A stretch of DNA of 64,000 nucleotides, from assembly GCF_018977255.1 (NCBI RefSeq), contig NW_024704742.1:72170001-72234000 (forward strand). The letters are read 5' to 3'. This stretch comes from Callorhinchus milii. Lineage: Eukaryota. The first letter of the stretch is position 1. Every line of letters begins with the position of its first letter. The notes under the pieces are model-generated. The model saw only the letters and a list, made by a program, of their open reading frames with translations, made no database searches and was not told the DNA's origin. Below, one piece after another: positions 48,647-61,235 of the stretch. Both the position numbers and the translations under genes were made by a program.

Positions 48647-48652
48647 TTTAAT
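48647..48652 (-). terminator. Candidate polyadenylation signal of the ZNF638-like gene
   Basis: ATTAAA on the minus strand about 240 nt after the stop. Confidence 0.45.
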
Positions 48653-48892
48653 TGAATAACTGAAAGCAAATTGTTACAATTTATGTAAAAAGAGGACAAA
48701 CAATATTAACCTCAAAACCATAGTTCCTTCATTGTGGTCAGTCCGTGTGGAGAGCAATAGTGGGCCGTTCTGCAGCTGCTTCTCAAACAAAGAGAAGAGC
48801 AATGGCGGAGCCTCAACAACACTCTCAAACACACAAACAAACACTTTGGACCCAAAATATTCTGCGACTGAAGCGACCAGAATGGGAGCCAA

Positions 48893-51800
48893 TCAGAGGG
48901 ACACTTTATCCTGTCGCACGACATGAGCCTCCTGTCTTCTCAACTCCTCCGCTCGCTGCAGCATGAATTTCTGTCAGACAGAACCAAGATGGCAGTCGGT
49001 CAGTCAGTCAGACCCACGATACTGGTCGGTCGGTTAGTCAGTCAGACCCACGATACCAGTCCGTCCGTCGGTCAGACCCACGATATCGGTCGGTCAGGCC
49101 CATCACCAGGACACATCTCAGTATCGGTATGCGGCTCTGGGTGGCGCCACACGCACGCGGCAACTTGTCTCCATATTTTGTATTGCAGCACTGTCACATG
49201 CACCTCTGCGTATCTCACTCCGCATGTCTCTCACACCCGGTTTGTCTATGTCTGCACACGGATAAATATCGCTCTCATTGTCTCACTGCTTCTCTCACGC
49301 TCTCTCACACTCATCTCCTTCTCTGTCTAACTCACACACAGTCTCTCTCTCTCATACACTGTCTCTCTCGCACGCCATCTCTCTCTCATTCTGTCTGTCA
49401 CACTTTCTCACCTCCATATTCTTGTAGTGGAGCACTGTCCCACAGTGAGTCACTTTGGCCGTATCTTCATTTGTGTAGAACAAGGAACAAATCTGACAGA
49501 AGTAGCCGGTCTTTGGAACAATGAAGTTTACGCCTGCGGACAGTATAAGAGGTAAATGCTCGCTCCCAGGTGGAGCTTGTGACTCTAATCCTTTCCCTGC
49601 TCTCTCCGCATCGTGTCTGTGCTGGTGCTTGCTCCCCATGGAGCTCTCGAATCACATTCACTTTCTCTTTATCATTCATTCTCAAATACACAGCCTTTTA
49701 AATGTTCTGGTTTCAAGCACAGTAGTCAGTGCTCCATCGCAAGTTACACGTGTATAGTGCCTTCACTCACAGCCGGTGTCACAGTCACAGCCGGTGTCAC
49801 GATCAGTGCTAGTGACAAACCATCACACACACACAGTGTAAACATTTTCTTTTAACCCCCTGTAACTCTCCCAGTGACGTGCGGCTCATTCATCGCTGTC
49901 CCCCCCACTCCCACGCCCCGCCCCAGACCCAGTGTTTAGCGGTGACGATGCAGTGCCGAGCCTGGCCGGGGACTCACCGATTGGAGTGCTAGCTTTAAAG
50001 GGCGGCATCCTGAAATCATTGTGGGTACCAGGGTCAGTGCGGGGCCGCTTCACTGCCGGCCCCTCCTCACTCACTGCATCTTGCCTCAACTTCACATCAT
50101 CTGAAAGATAAACATGCTGCAGAGAAAGACCCTCCCACACACACCGCCAGTCCAGCTCCCACCCCACACACACACAGCCAGCACCCCCCCATCACACAGC
50201 CAGCCCCCCCCCCACACACACAGCCAGCCCCCCCCACACACACACAGCCAGCCCCCCCCCATCACACAGCCAGCCCCCCCCACACACACAGCCAGCCCCC
50301 CCAACACACAGCCAGCCCCCCCCCAACACACAGCCAGCCCCCCCAACACACCCAGCCAGCACCCCCCTCACACAGCCAGCCCCAACACACAGCCAGCTCC
50401 ACCCCCGCACACAAAGCCAGCAGCCCCCAACCACACAGCCAGCCTCGTGCTCGCTATGGGCGCAGCGCTTATTATTGGGAGAAGACTGCATCCATATAAG
50501 ATGTATGAAAATGGTATCAATATAAAATGTATGTTTGGGTTATGATAAAACAAAATTTTCTCTTCTATGTTAAGTCATATGTTTAATTGTTGATTGTGGA
50601 GAATCAGCAGGATGTTGAAGGAAGTACCAATACAGTACTCTCAGATGATGCATGATGGAGGTTGTCAGCAATGAATCTGGACAATAGTCAGACAGAATCT
50701 CAAAAGAAGCAATTAGAAGAAATAGAGAAACACCAGCTGGGGTAACAGACAGATGGGTGGAGTCCTGTAGCTCAATTGTTAGAGCACTCGCCTTGCATGT
50801 GAGACACCTGGGTTCAATTCCAGGCAGAGGGCGAAACCTTGGGCAAGTTTCCTTACTCCACACACCTAATAATAATCCCTCCAAAACAAAGTAATAATAA
50901 ATTGGTCATTTTCAATCCACGACTGTGGGACACTGCTGTGCGCAATTGGCTGCTGTATTTTGCCCACAAATATACAGTCGTTATACAGCATATTCTGTGA
51001 AGCGCTTTGAGACGTCTAGAAGACATGAAAAGCGCTATATCAAATGCAAGGATTATTATTATTATTATTAAAATATGCATACATTGGCTAAAGGAGGGAA
51101 AATGGAAGAAAACCAGGTAACCTTGGTCCAGGATACATGTCACAATCGGGAGGTTGTTCATCATAACTAGACCAATTAGTATGAAAGAAAGAAGCAAGCT
51201 GGTAGAGATTAGGAGACAGACGTATCCTTGATACATCAAGGGTGAAGCCGACCTTATGGGCCTCCTGCACAAACAGGACTTAAGGGAGGTAACTGAAAGG
51301 AGGACATGTTTAAGAAAAACATCAGTTATCTTGTCTGGTCAGACCAAAGGTCAGGAGAGACGTGCAGAATTTGGGAAAAATATCCCCAAAACCTGCATAA
51401 AAAGGATATGTTAGAGGGAGATAGTCAGTCTGGGAGCAGAGATCAGAGGGACACCATAAGTTTGTGAGTATATCACTAAGCTGCTCGGGCTCAAGAGAAG
51501 ACGAAGACCTGCTGCTGACTCCTTTAAAACTGGTAGTATGAGTATTTCTTAACTGCATGAAACCAATGGGTTTTTAATATAATATAGTCAAGTATAATTG
51601 TTATACTTTGATATAATCATTGTATTCTAGTATTGCTTATTGGATCATTTATTTTTCTTTGTATTGTATGATTGATATTACCTGCTGTGTATCGATATAA
51701 GGTGTGTCACGCCATATTTGGTATTTGTCGAGTCTCTATTTTGAACCCGGGATTCATTTTTCCCAACATTGTGGGTGCAGCGCTGGCTGTGGGCGCAGCG

Positions 51801-54800
51801 CAAGTGAAGGTGCTGTATATGTGTAAATTGTAATGGAGCACCGTTGGTGAGTCAGTAACCAGGGGCCATTGATTTAAGATAGATAGTAAATGTAAATGGG
51901 AGTTTAGGAGAAAGTGGTTAGGATAGGGAATGGAATGCACTGCTGGGAGTGGTGGTTGAGGGAGAATCCATGTTAGCTTTCACAAGGGAACTAGATAAAT
52001 ACCTTGAAAAAAAGTATACAACAGGGATACAGGGAAAGGGTAGGTAAATGGGATTGAAATAATTATTCTTGAAGGAGCAGCAGACATGATGGAATGAAAA
52101 TGATACAATACAAACTTATATTTACACTATGCCTTTCATGTCAGCAGGATATCTCAAAGTGCTTCCCAGTGCTGGCTGAGCTGGGGGTGAGAGGCAAGGG
52201 GTGGGGGCGGGGGTGAAAGTGTTGAGGGGAGAAAAGAATGGTCGTGCTCTCTGGTTCTCTGCTGGTGATTTTTCCCTCAGCTCTGCTGTACAGCAACAAC
52301 ATTTGCATGGCCCCTTCACATGGGGTAGCATCCCGGACGGAGCACTTGATAGTAGGTAATCCGACTCCAAGCCAGGGGTAGAGGGAGAGGTCAGGTGAGC
52401 ATAAGCACAAAAAAAAGGGAGGGTATTTAGGCGGGTTTGAAAGTGGGGAGGGAGGTGGGAAGGTGGATTGATTGAGTTCCAGAGTTTCAGGGTGTAGTGT
52501 GATGGAGGTGGAGTAAGCAGTCCTGGTCAGGGAATGGATGTGGGATAGAAAGGAAAGCTGGGGATCGAACCTGATGCCTAAATTGCGTACGGGTTTGGAG
52601 AGTCTGAGGGAGAGCCCAGGAAGGTTGAGGAGTTCAGACTCGCAGGAGAGAAGACGTTGGCGGGAGCCAAAGAGTATGGCTTCCGTCTTGCCGACATTCA
52701 GTTGCAGGAAATTTGCACTCATCTAGGCCTTGATATCCTTACCTTTCTGTGTGGTGGACGGTTTGGCTGAGTCTCCTCCTGAATTAACGGTAGCTGCCGG
52801 CGGCGTAAAGCTAGCTCCTGGGCTGGCCGCTGTGTGGGTGTCACTGTCACCAGCTGCCAGAGAAGCTACCCGCTCAGCGCCCAGCGCCTGTACTGGCTGT
52901 AGCTTGGCCTCGGTGGTTGCCTTGGTGGGTCTCTCCTGCTCCGTCAGGCTGGTATTCACAGGCACATCAGGCACTGGTCTGAGCTGGACCACATCCACTC
53001 TGCTCACTGGTTTCACTGCTGAAAGAGAAAGAGATGCCAAACTCAACACAGCTCTGGACTACCACTGACCAGTGTAGTATTGTGGAGTCCTGGTGCTTAG
53101 TGGTTGGAGCACTCGCCTCCCAAGCGAGCCGGCTGGGTTTGATTCCCGGGCAGGGCGAAATATTGGGCAAATTTCATTACTCCACGCCTGTTTACCTAGC
53201 AGTAAGTAGGAACCCGGTTAGGTGTTGATTGGCAGATCGCTTTTCTGGCGGGTAATAATCTCTTCAAAAAATAATAATTTGTTCACTCACACTGCTGTGT
53301 GCAATTGGCTGCCACATTTCACCCACAAAATATAGCCAATTCACTTTACAGTATATTCTGTGAAGTGCTTTGGGATGACTCGAAGACAACAAGTTGCATT
53401 TTATTTATTTGTTTATATAGTGCCCTTCGCATGGGGTAGCGTCCTTGAGGACTTGATGATGTGATAAGGCGCTATATCAAAATGCAAGATTATTATTATT
53501 GATACTCTGGCACATTTAGTGTTTTTTGGCAGCAGGAACCCCTTACAGCTCATCAGAGGTCGGTGAGGCTGTGGGCGAGGTTGGGGCTGAGAGGCCGACA
53601 GGGGCTGGGGTACCTGGGTTTGCCTGGCTGTCCTGCGTGCTGTCAGGCTGTGGTGCTGCGGTGGTGTTGCTGCTCTCTGAAACTGTGGGCATCTCAGCTG
53701 CACTCAGTGCGCTCTCCTCCTCTTCACCCACTTCATCCACAGTAACAAACTCGTCCAGGTTAAAGGGAAAGACATCCTCTTCCTTCTGCAAAAGTTCAGG
53801 CACATTAAACCTTTCCCACACTGAGCTCATTAACAATCCTCACATCCTTGTCAGTTGCTCCCAATGATAGAGCTCAGGATCCACAGATACACAATAGCAA
53901 GGTTCAAGTCCTGGTGGGGAAAATAGGGGCAAACTACAACTTGCATTTATATCGTGCCCTTCACACAGGGTAGCATCTAGACAGTAGCAGAGCCTGACGC
54001 CAAGCCAGAGGGAGGTGGGTAGTGGAGCTGGGGAGACCAGTGAGGAGGGCACTGGAGTGGGCGAGGTGGGGACAGTCTCTCAGGTGTAAACCTGGAAAAT
54101 CCGTGGGCAGAGCAGCTCATCCATGCAGCAGCCCTGACTCTCCAGAGAGAGAGGCTTCTCCGAGACTAACCGAAGAATGATGGCAGCTTCAGACTGGCTT
54201 AGAGACAGCATTAGTTCACAGCGTCTGACTTAGCTAATCTCAGCACCAGCTCCCTGTTGGGAAGCGAATATGTGAACAGCAGCACAAACAATATCGCAGT
54301 TTGGCACTGACGCTTGCCCGGCACTCCGTGTCTAGGCTGGTGAGGAAAGTACCAGCATGTTGCCTGGCACAAGCCTGTTGTTTATGGAGGGCAGGAAATC
54401 ACCCCCCACCCCACCTGCAGACTGACAAAGCCAAACCTCACCTCCTCCTTCTTCGGGCTTTTCCCGAGGGCTTTCCGATCCTTGGGAATTTTCTCCACTA
54501 AAGCCTGCAATCACAAAGCAAGCGGCTGTGTAGGTGCTGAGTTACTGACGAGGCAGTGGCTCGTGAGCGGTCATAGTTTGTAACTAAAGGGTCAGTACCA
54601 GCTGGGGCTCCGAGCCACGAGGTCAGACTGTCAAGTGATCAGATGGTACAGGGCGGAAGAGACCCCTTTACACCCAATCTGGCCATTCATCAGCACCAGT
54701 TTAAGTTCAATGGTTACTTTTGTGCTTTAATTTCTGTGTAAAATGAAGCCCCAGGAGCCACTCTCCTGTGAGCAGGTTGGAGACAATACTGGCTCTCGAG

Positions 54801-57800
54801 GCCAGATGAATGGAATTGGATAAGCACCTGAGCACCAAAACATCCATGGCGAGCCGGCAAGTGGAACTAATGCAGAAACAGCGTGAGGAAGAAGCGCCAC
54901 AGACTCGATGGACTGGATGGTTCCCTGGAGCGGGGGGGCGACTGTGACGGGAAGGGGGAAGATCGCGGCCGATGGTGGGAATGCTTTGGCCACGATTTAC
55001 CTTGCTCTTGTCCTCCTTGCCACGGGTCAGTGCCTTGTGCTCCCGGTGCTGGGCCGGGTGCCTCCGCTCCTTCTCCTTGGGGTGGGGCAGAGGACCTTTC
55101 CCGTTGCCTTCCCGGTTGTTACGGTCCCGGGATGTGCCCTGGCCACGCGTGGACACACCCGTCTTACTGGTTTCCCTCTTATTTACCAGCGTCTTTTTGT
55201 CGCTGAGTTTGGAGCTGCCTTTGCCAGCGGGCAGTCTTGCCGGAGTGTTGCCTGGCGCTGCTTTGGGAGCAAGGCCTGAGGTGGCTGTGGGTTTGAGAGC
55301 GAGGCTGGTGGGTTTCTCAGTGTCAGCAGGATGCCCCGGCATGCCCTCAGCACCCGCCAGCAGGACACTGGTTTCTGGAGCCCCGTCTGGTGTGGTCGCT
55401 GGTACAGGTGGTGTATTGGCTGCAGTGACTGGCGTGGGAGTAGGTTTGGCAGTAGGGGGAGGCTTTGTGACAGGTGTAGAGGGTTTGGCGACCACACTGC
55501 CAGCAGCTGGAGTTGTTTTACAATCGGCACTGGCAGCAGTTCCACTGGCAGCAGCCTGGCTGGGTTTGGAGGCTGGTGTGGATTTGATGGCTGTGCTGGG
55601 TTTGGGGGCCACAGTGGGTTCAATGCTTGTGGCAGTGGTGACGGCACTGGACTCACTGGGTTTGGCCACGACACTAATGAGGACTGTGCTGGGTTTGGTG
55701 ACTGCACTTGGGACGGCTGCAACAGGTTCAGTGTCTATGCCAGATTTGGTGATGGTGGGGGCGGCGCCAGGTTTGGTGGCTGTGCTGGCAGCAGCTGTAG
55801 TGGGTTTTATGACTACACTGGTGGGGACTGTGCCAGGTTTGGTATCTGTGCCATGTTCAGTACACGTATCAGGTTTGGTAACCATGCCAGACTGTGGTGT
55901 GCCAGGTTTGTTAACTGTGTCAGGTTTGGTAACTGTGTCAGATTTGGTGACTGTGCCAGGTTTAGTGCCAGTAGCAGCTCGGCTGACCTGGGCTGTGCCA
56001 GGTTTGGTAACTGTCCCAGATAGCACTGTGCCAGGTTTGGTGACTGTGCCAGGTTTGGTGACTGTCCCAGACGGTGCTGTGCCAGGTTTGATGACTGTGC
56101 CAGGTTTGGTGACTGTCCCAGACAGCGCTGTGCCAGGTTTGGTGACTGTGCCAGGTTTGGTGACTGTGCTAGACTGCGCTGTGCCAGGTTTGGTAACTGT
56201 GCTAGACTGCGCTGTGTCAAGTTTGGTAACTGTGCTGGTCTGCACTATGCCAGGTTTAGTGCCAGGAGCGACTGTACCAGCGGGGGGCTGGATGGAGTTT
56301 GTTGCTATGATGGCAAGCTTGGCGGGTGGATTGTGCATAGCGGGCACATGTTTGTTTGTCAAGATGTTGGAATCTGCCGTCGCTGGCATAGGTAGCGGTT
56401 TAGTGAGTATGTCAGGGGCAGGTGCTGGCTTTGTGGGTGCGTTCCCAGTGACTGGCGTAGGGTGAGGGACCCCCAGCCTAGCAGCCAAGTCGGAGGGACC
56501 TCCCGGCACGGCAGCCCCGCTGGTCGCTGTCTCCAGCTTCCCGGGCTCGGTTGGCGGGGATGTTGGCGTGGCATCAGGGCATGTGGTGTCCAGGGGTGTT
56601 CCTGGCATGGTGCTGGTGACAGGGCAGGCCTGAGTCTGCTCTCTGGAAGCTGTCCCACTCTCCATGCTTGTCTCTGTCTCCATGGTGGTGTTTCCAGGCT
56701 CAGGGCGGGTCACGGCTGACCCATTGCTGGGAGCAGTGACGGCCACTTCAGCGGCTTCCTCCCCTTGCGGAGCAGGGTTGACCTGGGTGGTCCCGGGCTC
56801 GGACTGTTCAGCACACCTGCAAACCAAAGGCTACATCACTGTTCGTGTCTAAGTGGTGATTAGTTTCCCACAGGGGAATTGGGGAGAAAAGGGAGTCAGT
56901 AACTGGACAGCATTAATTTAATATCACTAAAACCAGTGTTCGGAGCATGTGATTGATATGATAGAGTGGGTTATTAGAACAGAAGGAGGCCAGCTCTTGA
57001 ATCATGGCTGATCTATAACTCAGTCCTACTCGCCTGCCCTTTCTGTCCCCAATAACTTTACTAGTAGGTATTTATCTACTTTCCTCTTCAAACAATCTCA
57101 CCAACTCTGTATCGATAATAATAATCCTTGCATTTGATCTTGTGCCTTATCACGTCTTCGAGACGTCTCAAAGTGCTTCATAGAATACACTGTAAAGTGG
57201 ATTGACTATATTTTGTGGGCGAAATGCAAGCTTTTCAGGAATTGAATTTCACAATCGTACACCTCTGAGTTTATCAAATATATATATTATTAAAGAAACG
57301 TCTTGTGGTTTCGCTGCTGACAGCGTCTAAGTTTTAGATTAAGCATTCTGCTCCCACAGAGCAATCTCACCTCACCCACTCTGTCAATTCCCTTTACTCT
57401 CCTAAACACTTCCATCACATCACCCTCGATCCTCTCTGTTTAAGGAGAAAAGGGCATTATACCACTATAACATCACTGCTTTTGATTTAGATTCTAGCTC
57501 TCCCTCTTTATGATCCGTTCTTTGGATGATGCTAAACCGAGTTCCCAACTGTGCCTGTTCAAGTGCATGTAAAGATCTCATGGCTGTTTATGGGACACTG
57601 CTGTGCAAATTGGACATTCATTCAGGATCTTCACAATCCTGTGAAGTTCTTTCAACTACTGTGAAAAGCATTGTATCAAACAAGTTATTATTATAAAAGA
57701 CAAAATACCATTGGCCTTTTTCAGTGATGTTTGCACCTGTGAGCTGACCTTCAGTGGCTATCACTTGTCCATTGCCCTATTACCTACATCCCCATTCACA

Positions 57801-59985
57801 AACAGTCTTTAGTGGTAGAGCCAAAGTGTATGACTTCACATTGTGTCTGACCAAAGCTCTGGGTGAAGCACAATCTGTACTATTGCGAGAAAGAAAAAGA
57901 AGGGAATGGGATTATACTAGAGAGCTCCAGTGTGGAAGCCTTTGATTTAGATTCTAGCTCTCCCTCGTGAGAAGTGGTGGTGAGTGTGGGAGGTCAGTGT
58001 TTGGGAGGGAGGTCAGTGCGTGGGAGATCAGTGTGTGGTGGGGGTGTGTGAAGTCTCTGTGTGTAATGTGTCGGAGGAGTGTGGGAGGTGTGTGTGACAG
58101 TCGATACAAACACTCACCTTTCTTCATTTATCTTTGTAGATTCTTCAACCTGGAAAAAAACAAGAAATATTTTCACCAATTCAAGAGTGAAAAGGGGAGA
58201 GAGGGGCAGTGGGGGAGTGAGCGGGTTGGGGGGAAGTGGGTGTGGGGAGTGAGCAGGACGAGGGGAATGAGGGGCAGTACCAGGGTGGTGGAGTGAGGGA
58301 GAGCGAGAGGGACGGGAGAGGAACGAGGGGGCGCGAGCGCGGGCCGGGGGGAGCGAGCGAGGGCCGGGGGGGGTGGGGGAGGGCAGTGAGAAGGGTGTGG
58401 GGGCGGGAAAAGGGGTTAGTGGTTTGACAGTGTCCTGTTGAGGGTGCAGAGCAGTGCTGGCTGAGAATGCCTTTTGGCTTGAAGCCACCTCAGGTTTGGG
58501 AAAACAAATAACAAACCATATAAAATCTGAACCAAAAACCCAGAACAAAACACCATTCAGTCACTCGCGGCCACTTGCAAATCTGACTTCACTGCAGCAC
58601 TGGTTCAGCACCATCTGCCCACACGTCACATTCTGACACAAATCTCTGACAATACTGACAGAATTACACACTGTATAATTCAGCCGCACCGACCCGGTGA
58701 TTAGTCATAATCACCCTGGCACTTCATATCACACCTTTCATGTCGGGAGGGCATCTCAACGTGCTTCACAGGATATACTGTAAAGTGAAGTGACTCTGTT
58801 TTAGAGATGAAGGTGGCAGTCATTTTAACACAGCAAAGTCCTACAAACAACCGTGTGATGAGTGAATGATTTTATCTACACAGAAGATTGTGCAGCACAA
58901 AAATAGGCTACTTGGCCCAGCTAGTCTGTGCCGGTGTTTATACTCCACACAAGTCTTCACTCATTCCTGACGCCCTCCCACACCCTCTATTCCCCTCTCC
59001 CTCACATGAAGGTCCAGCTTTCTCTTAAATGTATCTACACTATCTGATTCAACCATTGCTTAAGGCAGCGGGTTCCACAATCTCACTGCCCTCTGCAGGA
59101 AGTATTTCCTCCTAAATTCTCTTTTCAATCCCCCGGTTACTATCTTATACTTGTGTCTCTGGTTACTGACTCCCCAACCAGTGGAAACAACCTATTAATG
59201 TTAACCTTACTGAACCTTTTTTTAAATTATTTTGAACATCTTTATTAGGTCCCCACCTTAAACATCTCCTCTCTTGCAAAAAAAAAGGCCTAATCTATCC
59301 TGATAGCAGTAACTTACCAGCCCTGGTAGCACTGTCGTAAACCTACACTATACTCTTTCCATCACTGCTAAATCTTTATAATGTGGAGACCAGAAAGGGA
59401 TGTGGGGGATTGTCGGCCAGGAACCGGGAGAAACAGAATACTCCAGGAAAAGCTGTGATGAACCGTGAGCAATGCTGAGGGAAACACACCCCTGTGTGGA
59501 GGTGCTGCTGGAGCTCCTTTCCCAGGGGGAAGAGGAGAGCAACACTGAGGAAGAAATGTGACCAAGCAGCTACAAGCAGCGTGTTAGGCATGGGATCACT
59601 AACTGGGGTGTCACTGCTGCTCCCTCCGTTCTGGTTGTTGGGTGGGAGGCAGTGTGAACCCCTTTACTGAGCTCCAGTTATCACAAAAGCTGGGGATTCA
59701 GTAAGTTGTATGTTACATTCCCGTTGAGCTCGCCGGTGCGCCCGGGTGGCATGTCAATCTGGAATGCAAATAGTCCATGAGCACGTTAGCCGGCCGGATA
59801 GGGCACAGAACCTGCTGGGACCTCTCTGCTGCCCAAGGGGTGGGGGGGTTAAACATTGCCAATTAGTTTGCATGACAGGCTTTGTGTTTTATTTTAGTCA
59901 CCACTAACCATTAAACTAGAATACACAACTAACTCACAGAATCCGTTTGAACAGACTCAAACATGTCTCCTCTGCATCCTCGTTC
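48893..59985 (-). CDS. ZNF638: ZNF638 (NP220)-like matrin-family protein, 3' exons; 5' exons (RRMs) not found in the window
   Basis: Exons 5'->3': 59985-59938 (tentative), 58149-58118, 56816-55001, 54504-54442, 53785-53614 (donor uncertain), 53018-52743, 50100-49978, 49533-49412, 48970-48893. Phases are compatible. DKSK|[41 protein letters not shown] parallels human ZNF638 (..[21 protein letters not shown]). Matrin-type finger VPKTGYFCQICSLFY..HC....HY, then KFM. Synteny with ALMS1/HTRA2 favours ZNF638 over MATR3/RBM20. Confidence 0.8.
49412..49533 (-). CDS. ZNF638: ZNF638-like matrin-type zinc finger exon
   Basis: GVNFIVPKTGYFCQICSLFYTNEDTAKVTHCGTVLHYKNME; CAG acceptor, GTGAGA donor. Confidence 0.9.
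50130..50445. repeat. cacacagccagccccc minisatellite
   Basis: Tandem units of about 21 nt. Confidence 0.85.
50762..51070 (+). mobile_element. tRNA-derived SINE
   Basis: Head, part of the middle, tail with stem-loop and (TTA)n. Confidence 0.85.
52495..52738 (-). mobile_element. L2 fragment immediately after a ZNF638-like donor
   Basis: [24 protein letters not shown]...NLGIRFDPQLSF. Confidence 0.8.
53087..53500 (+). mobile_element. tRNA-derived SINE plus a second tail fragment
   Basis: Head gtcctggtgcttagtggttggagcactcgcc, family middle and tail. Confidence 0.8.
55001..56816 (-). CDS. ZNF638: ZNF638-like large Thr/Pro/Ala/Lys-rich exon
   Basis: Stop-free for 605 codons; TTTGCAG acceptor (phase 2) and AAG|GTAAAT donor (phase 0) fit the neighbouring exons. 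Confidence 0.85.
58880..59395 (-). mobile_element. Degraded CR1 3' fragment
   Basis: Reverse complement resembles the CR1 end (FWSPHYKD..MERV; agtaaccagagacacaagtataagata). Confidence 0.6.
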
Positions 59986-60189
59986 CTGGTGAACACTACC
60001 GATTAGAGAGCTCCAGTGGGGAGCGAGCACCAGTACAGGCACGATGGGGGGAGAACAGGGAAATGGGATTAGAGTAGAGAGCTCCAGTGGGGAAAGAGCA
60101 CTAGCACAGACATGATAAGGGAGAGTAGGAAATGGGATCAGATAAAGGGGGGTGGGGAAAATGAGCACCAGTTGAAAGGAGGTGAAACA

Positions 60190-60490
60190 GAACAACAACA
60201 ACAAGATTCCATTTATAGAGCGCCTTTCACGTCGGGAGGACGTCCCAAGGCGCTGTACAGTTGGGTCAGGACCCGAGTAGGGGGGGAAATGGTCAGGGTG
60301 AGGGAAGGGAGGGAGCGAGGAGGGGGTAGAGAGTCGAGAGGGGAGCTGAAGGCACAGTTGAAGAGAAAGGTCTTGAGACCGACCTTGAAGGAGGAAAGGG
60401 AGGAGGTGGCGAAGGCACTGGGGGATGGAGTTCCAGAGCCTCGGGGCTGAGAGGCTGAAGGCCCGACCACCGATGGTAGGGCGGTTAGAC
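60190..60490 (-). mobile_element. L2 LINE 3' end
   Basis: Reverse complement of the young L2 tail with (CAA)n. Confidence 0.9.
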
Positions 60491-61034
60491 CGAGAACGCT
60501 GAGGACCGAGGATACAGTAAAATCAAGAGTTGGACACACACACACCTGGAGCATCAAATGACTTGTGCTCTGGAGGCAATTCTACAAAGACTGTACCAGT
60601 TACATCAGGTCAAAGCCTCCCTTGTGCCCGGGGGAGCTGAGTAGCACGGTAACAACCAAGAGCCAAGGCTACCTCTGGGCAGAATGTGGCACAGTGATAA
60701 CACACCACAGCATCGAGGGAGAGAAGAGCAGCCTCATTAAAGCCAGCTATCCCTTATTTGATGTTGCCATGCAACTAATGCAGTCACCTCTTACCTGCCG
60801 TTACTAGGGATATTAGAAGCTAATTTTACATGAGACGCAATTAATGCTCATACAGTCACCACTTCTGGCAGTCACTGGATGGAAAGAGTGCTGGCAGCCA
60901 CTTGCCAGGTGCCCCAGTGCTCCGCTGAGGAAACTCAATTACAGTACTCTGGAAACCCACTGAGCTGCTCTGTGAGACTCACTGAAGCCCATCCACCTCC
61001 ACCACACAGAAATCCATTGAGAAATCCACACAAA

Positions 61035-61235
61035 AAAACAAAAACAATAATTAATTGGTCATTTTCAATCTACGACTGTTTGTGGGACATTGCTGTGCGC
61101 AATTGGCTGCCGCGTTCGCCCACAAATATACAGTCAATTCACTTTGCAGTATGTTCTGTGAAGCGCTTTGGGACGTCCTCCCGACGTGAAAAGCGCTATA
61201 TCAAATGCAAGGATTATTATTATTATTATTATTAG
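61035..61235 (+). mobile_element. SINE 3' half with an L2-identical inner stem-loop
   Basis: Nearly the exact reverse complement of 27322-27510; (TTA)n tail. Confidence 0.85.

Noticed and set aside
54972..56465. 497-aa plus-strand Val/Gly-rich ORF
   Set aside because: Antisense shadow of the repetitive ZNF638-like exon.
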